A DNA stretch of 49,417 nt, the filler included, from Nitrospirota bacterium (GTDB lineage: Bacteria; UBA2233), in assembly GCA_011620345.1 (NCBI GenBank). It is 2 parts of 2 records of this genome, joined end to end, with 100 filler letters (N's around TTAATTAATTAA, not from the genome) between each part and the next. Parts side by side here need not be neighbours in the genome. Positions count along the whole stretch, not along the records: positions 1 to 25,122 come from WOZJ01000069.1; 1 more part is not named here. One strand, 5' to 3'. Positions 9,164 through 18,427 of the stretch are shown one piece after another. Both the position numbers and the translations under genes were made by a program. Each line of letters begins with the position of its first letter. Position 1 is the stretch's first letter. The notes under the pieces were generated by a model. That model was given only the letters and a program-made list of their open reading frames with translations, did not search any database and was not told where the DNA came from.

Positions 9164-10051
9164 ATGAGACCACCCATTAGCCTCCAAACCTCTTTTTGGC
9201 CCTACGCCGTCCTGCTGGGAGCGCTCGCATGGTTTTGGATGTCGCTGGCGCCGAATGCCATAGCCCTCCACTACAAAGACTCGCTTTGCATCGCAACGAC
9301 GGCTTTTAGCGCGGAGCCATACGACAAAGACGCCAACCTTCAAAAAATAGAGGCCTTCATGGCTCAGGCCAAAGATCAAGGCGCGGAATTCGTCTTGTTC
9401 CCTGAAATGGCGCTCGTTGGATACGGCTCGGACAAGGCACGCAACCGAGAGTTGGCCGAGACCATCCCTGGGCCTTCGACAGGTCGGCTCGGCAATCTCG
9501 CGGCCAGGTTGAACCTCTGGGTAGTCGTCGGGATGCCAGAGCACGACCCCGGTACGGGTAAGCTCTACGATGCGGCCGCCATCATCCCGCCATCAGGCGG
9601 GGCCTTCGGCTTCCGCAAGCTCCATACGGTCTCGAGAGAGCCGCTTTGGGCAAGCGAAGGGGACACCCCCATGGTTTTTGAAACCCCCTGGGGCCCCATG
9701 GGTATCGCCGTCTGCCAGGACAACTACCTCTACCCGGAGGTTGTCCGATACAGCGCCCAACACGGGGCTCGGGTCCACCTTAGCCCTACGGCCTACTCCG
9801 GCCACGTTTTGATCGACTCTCAGGCAATCGACAACTTTTACCGCACGCTCTACTTCAACATTTTGGCTTCCTGGTCGAAGGCCAACCGTATCTTTTTGGT
9901 GAGCGCAAACGAGACTAGCGGGAATTTCATCGGAGAGAGCGCGATCATTGGCCCAGGCCGCTTTGGATGGCCGAAAATTTATGCGGGGCCGTCGGGCAAG
10001 GAAGAGGGCGTTTTCACGGCCTGCCTCGATCTGCGCTTGAGTGGCCGTTAA
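9164..10051 (+). CDS. Carbon-nitrogen hydrolase (nitrilase superfamily) with N-terminal signal peptide
   Basis: E-K-C triad in FPEMAL, FRKLH and AVCQD. I re-set the start to ATG 9164, 4 nt after the gdhA stop. The hydrophobic leader ends in NAIA. Confidence 0.85.
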   Translation: MRPPISLQTSFWPYAVLLGALAWFWMSLAPNAIALHYKDSLCIATTAFSAEPYDKDANLQKIEAFMAQAKDQGAEFVLFPEMALVGYGSDKARNRELAETIPGPSTGRLGNLAARLNLWVVVGMPEHDPGTGKLYDAAAIIPPSGGAFGFRKLHTVSREPLWASEGDTPMVFETPWGPMGIAVCQDNYLYPEVVRYSAQHGARVHLSPTAYSGHVLIDSQAIDNFYRTLYFNILASWSKANRIFLVSANETSGNFIGESAIIGPGRFGWPKIYAGPSGKEEGVFTACLDLRLSGR

Positions 10052-10147
10052 GCTATTCAGGCCAAACTCAAGCTAGACCAAACCCTGCGATTGTGTTAAG
10101 GTGGGACTTTTTACGGGCCTTCTGAAAGCCTTTTTTGAGAAAAGAGG

Positions 10148-12334
10148 TTGACCGTGCGAGCACATGCAAGGGCTGGCCTCACCCTGTTGGCCATTTCTAT
10201 GGTTGGCGCATTCCAAACTCAAGAAGCGCTCGGTATGCTTTCAATCAACCGCTCTCAGTCCCCCCAAGCCCTCGAAGAAACGCCACCCTTGAGCCACGGA
10301 GCGATGGCGGAGCGCTTTTTCGATGTTACCGGCAGGCGCATGTTTTTTGCAGGACGGGAAGACGGCTCGGGCGAGGTCTGGAGCCCGCCTTTCCAGATGC
10401 TGGCCGAGCTTGTTCCTCTGTACGGCAATACCGCCAACGTTGTCCCGTTAACCTACCGTATCGCCCAGCACGCCAGCGCCATAGAGCTTGCCACGCCAAA
10501 CGGCGATTTGCGCTTAACCTACGTAGCCCATCCCACAGAACCTGCCCTGCTCGTCAAGATCGAGGCGGAGGGCGGGGTGGAAGAGTTTAGCTTTCGGGTA
10601 AGCTCCAAAATCCGGCCCAACTGGCCGCTCTCTTCCGCCAATCTTGCCCCTGTGAGCAGGAGCTCTGCGCGCGTCGGCAGCTTCGAGGCGGTAACGTTCG
10701 ATAGACAAGGAGAACAACGGGTCATCGTCGGAGGGATCGGCGTGACCGGCACGAATCTCGGCGCGGAGGGGCCCTCATACGTTCAGGTACACATCGAGCC
10801 AAAAAAGCCTGCATACTTGGTCGTAGCCGGGATAGGGGCAAGCGACGCAGAGAACCTTTTTTTGCGCATCCTAAGCAACCCAGAGGCCACCATCATTGAA
10901 GCCGAGGAAGAAGCCCGAAGGACGTTTCGCGGGTTTCCCAAGATCGAAATTTTCCCCAAGACCTCCGTAAACACCTATATCGAACAGGCGATCGCATGGT
11001 CGATGATGGCAACCGACAGGCTCTACTTCGAAACGCCCGGGGTCGGCAATGGCTACGTGGCCGGAATAAACGTTTCCGGCTCGACGACGGGTGCAGACTT
11101 CATCCCTTTCGACAACGGCAGGCCCGGCTTTGCCTGGTACTTCGGGCGGGACTACCTCTGGATGAGCCTCTCTTTGTCGCTAACGAACCAATGGGAAAAA
11201 TCAAAAGAGAACTTCCGCCTGCTTGCGCGTTACCAGGACGATTCTGGCAAGATCATGCACGAACTTCCCACCTCCGTCGAGCTGCTTGGTCTGGATCGAT
11301 GGAAGAGCGATTTTCCCTACTTCCTGGCCGCCGCGGACTCGACACCGCTGTACATTGTAGCGCTCAAGCGTTACCTTGATTGCTCGGGGGACGTCGAATT
11401 CCTCCAAGAGCTTTGGCCCTCGATCGAAAAAGCGTTCCGATGGCTTGTGACTACCGACTACGACGGAGACGGCCTGATCGATAACTTTGAGGGCCACGGC
11501 TGGGTCGAGGGGGGACCGTTGGCGTACAACCAGATCGCCAAAGGGCATACTACCTTTTATTTGGCCGGAATTTACGTTCAATGCCTACAGGATATGGCAT
11601 CCATGGCAGGGCTGTTCAGCAACCCAGACCTCCAAAAAATGGCCCAAGACAGGTTGCCCAAGGCGCTCGCCGCGCTTGAAGCCTACTGGAACCCTCTAGG
11701 ATTCTACAACGACAGAAAGCTTGCGACGGGAGGCTACAGCGCCGAAAAGACGATCGCGCCCAGCGTTCCCATTTTGTTCGGCCTTTGCATGCAAGAAAAG
11801 GCGATCGCCAACCTGGGCGTGATGAACGACCCAAAAATCCTCACCCCATGGGGGGCGCGATACATCGCAAGCGACGAGCCCGCCTACGACCCAACGCTCT
11901 ACCACTCGGGCAACGTTTGGCCGTTGTTCACGGGATGGCTCACGCTCGCAAACTACAAATCAAGGCTCGAGAACGCGGGCTTCGCGGCGTTCATGACGAA
12001 CGTCCAGCACACCTACTCGAACACGCTTGGGCTTGTCGGAGAAGTATACCGGGGAGACAGGTTTGTCGAGGTAGGCACGCCGCACCAGGGCTGGAGCGAA
12101 ACGGCCGTTACCCAAGGGTTTTTGGAGGGCATGCTCGGCCTCAAAATAGACGCGCTTCAAAACCAAGCCACGCTTTCCCCCCTACTGCCCGACTCGATCG
12201 AAACGGTGCACGTTTCCAATATCAGGGTCGGACCTGGCCGGCTCGATGTGCAAATATCCAGACAGAAGGACGGGACCTACCGTTTGCTAAACCAAAGCCA
12301 AGGGGTTTATGTCCGCTTGGTACAGCAGCAATAA
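10148..12334 (+). CDS. Exported (alpha/alpha)6 glycoside hydrolase, amylo-alpha-1,6-glucosidase (GDE C-terminal)-like
   Basis: RPGFAWYFGRD, GKIMHEL, DSTPLY, YHSGNVWP, HQGWS; N-terminal signal sequence. Start is TTG 10148 or GTG 10154. Confidence 0.75.
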   Translation: MTVRAHARAGLTLLAISMVGAFQTQEALGMLSINRSQSPQALEETPPLSHGAMAERFFDVTGRRMFFAGREDGSGEVWSPPFQMLAELVPLYGNTANVVPLTYRIAQHASAIELATPNGDLRLTYVAHPTEPALLVKIEAEGGVEEFSFRVSSKIRPNWPLSSANLAPVSRSSARVGSFEAVTFDRQGEQRVIVGGIGVTGTNLGAEGPSYVQVHIEPKKPAYLVVAGIGASDAENLFLRILSNPEATIIEAEEEARRTFRGFPKIEIFPKTSVNTYIEQAIAWSMMATDRLYFETPGVGNGYVAGINVSGSTTGADFIPFDNGRPGFAWYFGRDYLWMSLSLSLTNQWEKSKENFRLLARYQDDSGKIMHELPTSVELLGLDRWKSDFPYFLAAADSTPLYIVALKRYLDCSGDVEFLQELWPSIEKAFRWLVTTDYDGDGLIDNFEGHGWVEGGPLAYNQIAKGHTTFYLAGIYVQCLQDMASMAGLFSNPDLQKMAQDRLPKALAALEAYWNPLGFYNDRKLATGGYSAEKTIAPSVPILFGLCMQEKAIANLGVMNDPKILTPWGARYIASDEPAYDPTLYHSGNVWPLFTGWLTLANYKSRLENAGFAAFMTNVQHTYSNTLGLVGEVYRGDRFVEVGTPHQGWSETAVTQGFLEGMLGLKIDALQNQATLSPLLPDSIETVHVSNIRVGPGRLDVQISRQKDGTYRLLNQSQGVYVRLVQQQ

Positions 12335-12341
12335 AAGAGCC

Positions 12342-14387
12342 ATGAAAACAAAAGATTCCCTCGCGAATTTGAACACGGAATCGGCAAAGCAGACGCTAAC
12401 CGTCAACACGATCCGGGCGCTCGGCATCGATGCGATCGAGCGGGCTCAATCGGGGCATCCTGGCATCGTACTAGGGGCTGCCGTAATCGGACACACTATC
12501 TTTCACCGGTTCCTTAAATTCAACCCCGTCAACCCTTCCTGGCCCGACCGGGACAGGTTTGTCCTGTCGGCGGGCCACGGCTCGATGCTGCTCTACGCCC
12601 TCCTTCATCTTACGGGGTACGACGTGAGCCTCGATGACCTAAAGGCCTTTCGGCAGTTCGGCAGCAAAACGCCTGGACACCCGGAGTACGGCCTGACCCC
12701 TGGAGTCGAGACGACCACGGGGCCTTTGGGCCAGGGGTTTGCCAACGCCGTCGGGATGGCGATCGCAGAGCGCTACCTAGGGGCTCTGTTCAACGCGCCC
12801 GGGTTCCCGCTGGTTGACCACCGGACGTACGTGCTGGCCGGGGACGGAGACATCATGGAAGGCGTCTGCTACGAGGCGGCGGCACTCGCCGGCCATTTAG
12901 GCCTGGGCAAGCTTACCGTCGTCTACGACGCCAACGATGTCACGATCGAGGGGGCTTTATCCATTTCGAGCTCGACGGACGTGGCGGGCATGTTCCGGGC
13001 GCTCGGCTGGAGCGTTTGCCATGCCGACGGGCTTGACAGCGCCTCCCTCATCAACGCGCTCAACGAGGCCACGGCCCAAACCGAGCGGCCGACGCTTGTG
13101 ATTGCAAAAACCCGCATAGGGTTTGGAAGTCCGAGCAAGGAAGGAAAGGCCTCCTCGCACGGCTCGCCCCTTGGGGCGGAAGAGGCCATAAAAACCAAGG
13201 CAGCGCTCGGCTACCCCTCCGAAGGGGCGTTCTTCGTGCCGGAAACCATCAAGGCACAGGCACTGCTTTTCAAAGAACGTGGCGAAAAGCTTGAAAGGGA
13301 TTGGCAAGACCTGTTCGATCGCTACCAGCAAGCCTTTCCAAAGAAGGCCGGGCTCTTTAAAGAGCTTGTTGAAGGACGCTTGCCGGAGGACGCCTTGAAG
13401 AACATCCCAACATTCTACCCGGAGGCAGGGCGGCTCTCTACGAGGGAAGCCTCGGGCAGGGTGCTGAACGCCCTCGCCAAGCACCTGCCCACGCTAATCG
13501 GCGGGGCGGCCGATCTTGCGCCTTCCTCGATGACCTACATGGAAGGGATGGGCGATTTTCAGAAGGAAAACCCATCTGGACGCAACATCCGGTTTGGTGT
13601 ACGCGAGCATGCCATGGGGGGCATTTTAAACGGCCTTGCGCTTCATGGAGGCATTTTTCCTTTCGGCGGCACGTTCCTTGTGTTTTCCGATTATATGCGC
13701 CCTGCCGTGCGTTTGGCCGCGCTCATGCGCCTGTCGGTCATTTACCCCTTCAGTCATGATAGCTTCCATGTGGGTGAGGATGGCCCCACCCATCAGCCCA
13801 TCGAGCACATCGCGAGCCTAAGGCTCATTCCAGGGTTGAGAGTCATTCGGCCCGCCGATGCCAACGAAACCGCCCGGGCGTGGAGTTGGGCGCTTCGCCA
13901 CAGAGAAGGGCCTGTAGCATTGATCCTTTCTAGACAAAAACTTCCCATCCTGAAAGAGACACTCAAGGACCCACAAGAAGGACTTGAAAGAGGGGGTTAT
14001 GCCCTCTTAGACTCGGAGGACGATGCACCCCGAATAATCCTTGTAGCAACGGGGTCGGAAGTCCACCTGGCGATGCTCGCCCACCTGGCCCTCAAGGAGG
14101 AGGGAGTGGCCTCTAGAGTTGTTAGCATGCCTTGCCTCGAGCTTTTTCTGGCCCAGCCCAAGGACTACCAAGAAAACGTGCTCCCTAGTACCATAAAGAA
14201 ACGGATCGTCATCGAGGCGGGTGTGACGAGCGGATGGCCCAAGGTAGCCACGGATGAAGGGGTTTGCCTCACGCTCGATCGCTTCGGGGTTTCAGGAAAC
14301 GCAGCCGACATCGCCAAATCGTTCGGGTTTTCCTTGGAGCGCGTGCTTCAAGAAGCTAGGCGACTGCTCAACCAGACTAGCCGTTGA
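12342..14387 (+). CDS. tkt: Transketolase
   Basis: SGHPG, RDRFVLSAGH, TPGHPE, GDGDIMEG, GVREHAM, GEDGPTHQPIEH. Start re-set to ATG 12342. Confidence 0.97.
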   Translation: MKTKDSLANLNTESAKQTLTVNTIRALGIDAIERAQSGHPGIVLGAAVIGHTIFHRFLKFNPVNPSWPDRDRFVLSAGHGSMLLYALLHLTGYDVSLDDLKAFRQFGSKTPGHPEYGLTPGVETTTGPLGQGFANAVGMAIAERYLGALFNAPGFPLVDHRTYVLAGDGDIMEGVCYEAAALAGHLGLGKLTVVYDANDVTIEGALSISSSTDVAGMFRALGWSVCHADGLDSASLINALNEATAQTERPTLVIAKTRIGFGSPSKEGKASSHGSPLGAEEAIKTKAALGYPSEGAFFVPETIKAQALLFKERGEKLERDWQDLFDRYQQAFPKKAGLFKELVEGRLPEDALKNIPTFYPEAGRLSTREASGRVLNALAKHLPTLIGGAADLAPSSMTYMEGMGDFQKENPSGRNIRFGVREHAMGGILNGLALHGGIFPFGGTFLVFSDYMRPAVRLAALMRLSVIYPFSHDSFHVGEDGPTHQPIEHIASLRLIPGLRVIRPADANETARAWSWALRHREGPVALILSRQKLPILKETLKDPQEGLERGGYALLDSEDDAPRIILVATGSEVHLAMLAHLALKEEGVASRVVSMPCLELFLAQPKDYQENVLPSTIKKRIVIEAGVTSGWPKVATDEGVCLTLDRFGVSGNAADIAKSFGFSLERVLQEARRLLNQTSR

Positions 14388-15237
14388 CGACTTGTCCTCC
14401 GTTGGGGTGGAGAACCTGCCCCGAGATGTATGAGGCGTCGGAAGAAGCAAGGAAAACGTAACACGGAGCCACTTCATCGGGCTGCCCGGCACGTCCAAGG
14501 GGGGTTGACTTCCCGAACCTCTCGACCATTTCCGGGGTAAAGCTGTCTTGTGCGGGGATGAGGGGGGTCCATATCGGCCCAGGGGCCACGGCGTTGACCC
14601 GAATCCCCCTAGGGGCCAGCTGAAGGGACAAGGATCGGGTGAAGGCAACTATAGCCCCTTTGGTTGAAGAATAGTCCAAGAGTAAGGGGTGGCCGGAATA
14701 GGCCGTCACGGAGGCCGTGTTGATCACGGAGCTGCCAGGGCCCAAGTGCTTCAAAGCGGCACGGGTCAGGTAGAACTGGGAGAAGATGTTCGTGCGGAAA
14801 GTCCTTTCGATTTGCTCGTCTTCGATGTCCTCGAGGCGCTCCCTGACATGCTGCTCCCCGGCGTTGTTCACCAGGATATCCAGCCCCCCAAAATGCTGAA
14901 CCGTTTCTTCGATCACACGCTCACAAAATGGTCGGGATCCGACATCACCCGCAAAAAGCAGGCCTCTTCTTCCCGATGCCGAAATATGCCCTAAAGTCTC
15001 GCGGGCATCCTCGGTTTCGTCGAGGTAGACGACGGCGACATCGGCTCCCTCCAGAGCGAACATGATAGCCACGGCCCTACCGATTCCGCTATCCCCACCC
15101 GTCACGATGGCTCGCTTCCCTAAAAGCTTTCCTGCAGGCTTGTAGCCCAATGCCTCGCCTTGGGGCTTCGGGGTCATTTCCTTTTGAACGCCTGGCTGCT
15201 TATCTTGTCCTTGAGGGGGAAAGGATTCCCTATCCAT
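14377..15237 (-). CDS. Short-chain dehydrogenase/reductase, YdaD/YhdF general-stress type
   Basis: N-terminal FPPQGQDKQPG...MTPKP; TGGDSGIG, NNAGEQH, YSSTK, VAPGPIWTPLIP. Confidence 0.9.
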   Translation of the reverse strand: MDRESFPPQGQDKQPGVQKEMTPKPQGEALGYKPAGKLLGKRAIVTGGDSGIGRAVAIMFALEGADVAVVYLDETEDARETLGHISASGRRGLLFAGDVGSRPFCERVIEETVQHFGGLDILVNNAGEQHVRERLEDIEDEQIERTFRTNIFSQFYLTRAALKHLGPGSSVINTASVTAYSGHPLLLDYSSTKGAIVAFTRSLSLQLAPRGIRVNAVAPGPIWTPLIPAQDSFTPEMVERFGKSTPLGRAGQPDEVAPCYVFLASSDASYISGQVLHPNGGQVVNG

Positions 15238-15240
15238 GGC

Positions 15241-15435
15241 TCAAGTCCCCTTTTTTCGCACTTGCTTGTCCCTGTTTTCCGCCCACTCCTTGCCCTGAGC
15301 GGTCGCGATGGCGATAGCCCTCTCTTCGGGATAACCCTCTTCGAGCAGGGCATTTCCGATTTCGATCATTTTTTTTCGAACTGGGGCCGTAAAATTTTTC
15401 CATGAAACGGGGTAATCGTGCTCATTCCAAGGCAT
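15241..15435 (-). CDS. Small YdaT-like (DUF2188-related) stress protein
   Basis: Matches the recalled YdaT pattern MPWxxxDYPxSxKN...IEIGNALLEEGYPEERAIAIATAQ; strong RBS AAGGAGGGGG. Confidence 0.75.
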   Translation of the reverse strand: MPWNEHDYPVSWKNFTAPVRKKMIEIGNALLEEGYPEERAIAIATAQGKEWAENRDKQVRKKGT

Positions 15436-15655
15436 AACCCCCTCCTTGGCTTGTAGGGTAGGATGATTTTTCTTTTAGGATAATAAAATTCTACAATGAG
15501 TTCAACCAAGGGGTGTCGCTTATCAAAAACGCCATGGGTGAAGGGGTTAGCGTCTGGAAGAGCCCTAAGGCCCCGGGGCATTTTGATGCCGAGCCACTTG
15601 AAGTAGAATAGAACCGCTCGGTAATTTTTTGATTAATCCTAAGGAGGAAGAAATC

Positions 15656-16666
15656 GTGAAAGCGCCGAAACATCCGAACAGGAGAGACTTCCTTAGACAA
15701 ACGTTGATCGGCGTTTGTGCCGCAAGCCTCCCTGCAAGAGCATGGGCACTCTTACCGGATAAACCCATCCCCAAGCGCCCGCTCGGAAAAACCGGCGTTT
15801 CGGTCCCCATTCTTGGACTTGGCGGGTATCATGTCGGCACGATTAAAGACGAGCGGCAAGCGATCAGGCTTGTCCGGGAGGCAATAGACCTAGGCATCAC
15901 TTTTCTCGACAACGCCTGGGAATACCACCACGGGCGCTCGGAGGAGATCGTAGGCAAGGCCCTCCAAGGGGGGTACCGACAGAAAGCCTTCCTCATGACC
16001 AAGGTGCACGGCCGGGATAAAAAATCCAGCCTAAGCCAACTCGAAGACAGCCTAAGGAGGCTCAAAACCGACTTTATCGACCTTTGGCAGTTCCACGAGG
16101 TCGTCTATGAGGACGATCCTGACCTCATTTTTGCCAAGGATGGCGGGATCGAGGCGGCCTACGAGGCCAAGAAATCGGGGAAAGTGCGGTTCGTTGGGTT
16201 TACGGGCCATAAAGACCCAAAGATTCATCTCGACATGCTCTCTAAGGGGTTCGACTGGGATACGGTCCAGATGCCCGTGAACGTGCTCGATGCGCATTTC
16301 AAGAGCTTTCAAAAGAACGTCCTGCCTGTCCTTGTCGAACGCAACATCGGGGCCATCGCCATGAAAACGCTGGCCGACGGCCATTTGCTGAAAGCCGGCG
16401 TGGTTACCCCCCAAGAGGCCCTGACTTACGTCTGGAGTCAACCCGTCTCTACGATTGTCTCTGGCATGGACTCGTTAGAGCTCGTACGGAACCAAGCACG
16501 TCTTGCCAGCAATTTCGTGCCGCTTTCGGCCGAAGAGCAAGAAAAGCTCCTACAAAGAACTGCCAAGGCGGCCAAAGGGGGCGCATTCGAGCCCTTCAAG
16601 ACGAGCAATCGGTATGATGGATGGAAAGGACGCGAAATCCACGGTATCCCCTTAGGTCAAGCCTAG
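15656..16666 (+). CDS. Aldo/keto reductase with twin-arginine signal peptide
   Basis: RBS AAGGAGG before GTG 15656; Tat leader NRRDFL...ARAWA; AKR motifs FLDNAWEY, LMTKVH, DLWQFH. Confidence 0.88.
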   Translation: MKAPKHPNRRDFLRQTLIGVCAASLPARAWALLPDKPIPKRPLGKTGVSVPILGLGGYHVGTIKDERQAIRLVREAIDLGITFLDNAWEYHHGRSEEIVGKALQGGYRQKAFLMTKVHGRDKKSSLSQLEDSLRRLKTDFIDLWQFHEVVYEDDPDLIFAKDGGIEAAYEAKKSGKVRFVGFTGHKDPKIHLDMLSKGFDWDTVQMPVNVLDAHFKSFQKNVLPVLVERNIGAIAMKTLADGHLLKAGVVTPQEALTYVWSQPVSTIVSGMDSLELVRNQARLASNFVPLSAEEQEKLLQRTAKAAKGGAFEPFKTSNRYDGWKGREIHGIPLGQA

Positions 16667-16861
16667 GGCCCACCGCGAGGGAGGCGGCTTTGAATTCCTT
16701 TTGAGAAAGCCTGCTTGGGTGCTTGAATACTCCCTTAAGCAACCCTCAACGGTCGTCTTTTTCGGGCTCGCACGCGTTCGAGCCTAAAGATGGACGATGG
16801 TAGCAAAACCGTCGATGGACCATCTTCCTAAAAACCTAAACTTCTTTTAAGTGAGGTCACC

Positions 16862-17611
16862 ATGGCTTTAGCGAGGACAGCAAACCCGGCCCTCAACGAA
16901 ACCGCGTTCAGGAATTATAGGGTTCATGCTGCAGAATCGATGACGATCGGGGGTACGGTCAATAAAACGGCGCTCCTTGTGGTTATCGCTCTCCTTTCTG
17001 CCTATTTCACTTGGAGTCGGTTTATAAGCACTGGGAGCCTCCAGGCCATCCAACCCTTTATTCTTATCGGTATTCTGGGCGGCTTTATCATCGCCCTTGT
17101 TACAGTGTTCAAAAAAACGTTCGCTCCTGTCGGCGCGCCCCTCTATGCTGTGGCCGAGGGTTTAGCCCTAGGCGGGATATCGGCCGTCTTCGAGAAAAGC
17201 TACCCAGGCATCGCGGTTCAGGCGATTTTCTTAACTTTCGGAATCCTCCTTGCCCTCCTTCTCGCGTACAAATCCCGGCTCATCCGAGCGACAGAAAACT
17301 TTAAGTTGGGGGTTTTCGCCGCGACGGGCGGGATCGCCATCGTGTATCTCCTGAATTTCGTCATGGGTTTTTTTGGAGCCAGAATTCCCTATCTTTTCGA
17401 TAGCAGCCCGCTTGGGATAGGAATCAGCCTTTTCATCGTCGTCATCGCCTCCCTAAACCTCGTCTTGGACTTTGATTTCATCGAGGGAGCCGCCAGCCGG
17501 GGGGCGCCCAAGTACATGGAATGGTATGCCGCCTTTGGGCTGATGGTCACTCTGGTCTGGTTGTACCTGGAGATTCTGAGGCTATTGTCCAAACTCAGGG
17601 AACAAAAGTAG
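16862..17611 (+). CDS. Bax inhibitor-1/YccA family membrane protein
   Basis: About 7 hydrophobic segments; C-terminal LNLVLDFDFIE...APKYMEWYAAFGLMVTLVWLYLEILRLLSKLR. Confidence 0.88.
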   Translation: MALARTANPALNETAFRNYRVHAAESMTIGGTVNKTALLVVIALLSAYFTWSRFISTGSLQAIQPFILIGILGGFIIALVTVFKKTFAPVGAPLYAVAEGLALGGISAVFEKSYPGIAVQAIFLTFGILLALLLAYKSRLIRATENFKLGVFAATGGIAIVYLLNFVMGFFGARIPYLFDSSPLGIGISLFIVVIASLNLVLDFDFIEGAASRGAPKYMEWYAAFGLMVTLVWLYLEILRLLSKLREQK

Positions 17612-17732
17612 CATTTCGTTTGCATTTTGGCTCAGTGCCCGTCTTGGGGAATGGGAGGAGTTTTCGTGTTTCCGAGTGAAATGTCATGGGGGTTTCTAAA
17701 AGGACCCTGGCAACCTTAAACGGGGCTTAGGC

Positions 17733-18413
17733 ATGGAAGAAGCAAAGGCAAGGCGTTCTGTCCTAGAGCACGGGCAGAAAATGAATGCGCTTGGAATCAA
17801 CCAGGGGACTTCGGGCAACTTAAGCCTTCGGTTTGGAGAGGGACTTTTGATTACCCCATCTGGAATCCCCTACGAGGAGATGACTCCGGAGGATGTGGTG
17901 TTCATGAGGATGGATGGAAGTTACGAAGGACGACACGCCCCTTCGACAGAATGGCGCTTCCACAGGGATATCATGGCCACAAGGCCGGAGGTCAACGCCG
18001 TCGTGCACGCCCACCCCGCCTACTGCACGGCGCTTTCGATCGTTGGGCGCGGTATTCCTGCCGTCCATTACATGATCGCCGCGGCCTTGGGGGATGTCCG
18101 CGTGGCCCCGTACGCCACGTTTGGAACCGAAGAGCTCTCAAAAAATGCCTTGAAGGCGCTCGAGGGGCGCTTTGCCTGTCTTTTGGCCCACCACGGGATG
18201 ATAGCTTTGGGCCTTACGCTCCCAAGGGCGCTTTGGCTGGCAAACGAGGTCGAGACGATCGCCCGCCAGTACACCATCGCCTTGCAGATCGGCGAACCCA
18301 AGGTATTGCCAGAAGATGAAATCCGGCGTGTGATTGAACGGTTCCAATCCTACGGGGTGAAAGACAAACCCAAAGAAAGCCCAGGAGAGAATTCTTCAGA
18401 AAATGCCGTATAA
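17733..18413 (+). CDS. Class II aldolase/adducin family (L-fuculose-1-phosphate aldolase-like)
   Basis: GTSGNLS, ITPSG, PSTEWRFH, VVHAH, LLAHHG. Confidence 0.88.
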   Translation: MEEAKARRSVLEHGQKMNALGINQGTSGNLSLRFGEGLLITPSGIPYEEMTPEDVVFMRMDGSYEGRHAPSTEWRFHRDIMATRPEVNAVVHAHPAYCTALSIVGRGIPAVHYMIAAALGDVRVAPYATFGTEELSKNALKALEGRFACLLAHHGMIALGLTLPRALWLANEVETIARQYTIALQIGEPKVLPEDEIRRVIERFQSYGVKDKPKESPGENSSENAV

Positions 18414-18427
18414 GGCGTATACGCCGA

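Noticed and set aside
16740-16850. Hairpins with CCTAAA/ATGGTAGC/GCAAA words suggesting a c-di-GMP-I riboswitch upstream of yccA
   Set aside because: The elements are in the wrong order and the first GNRA-capped stem is missing.
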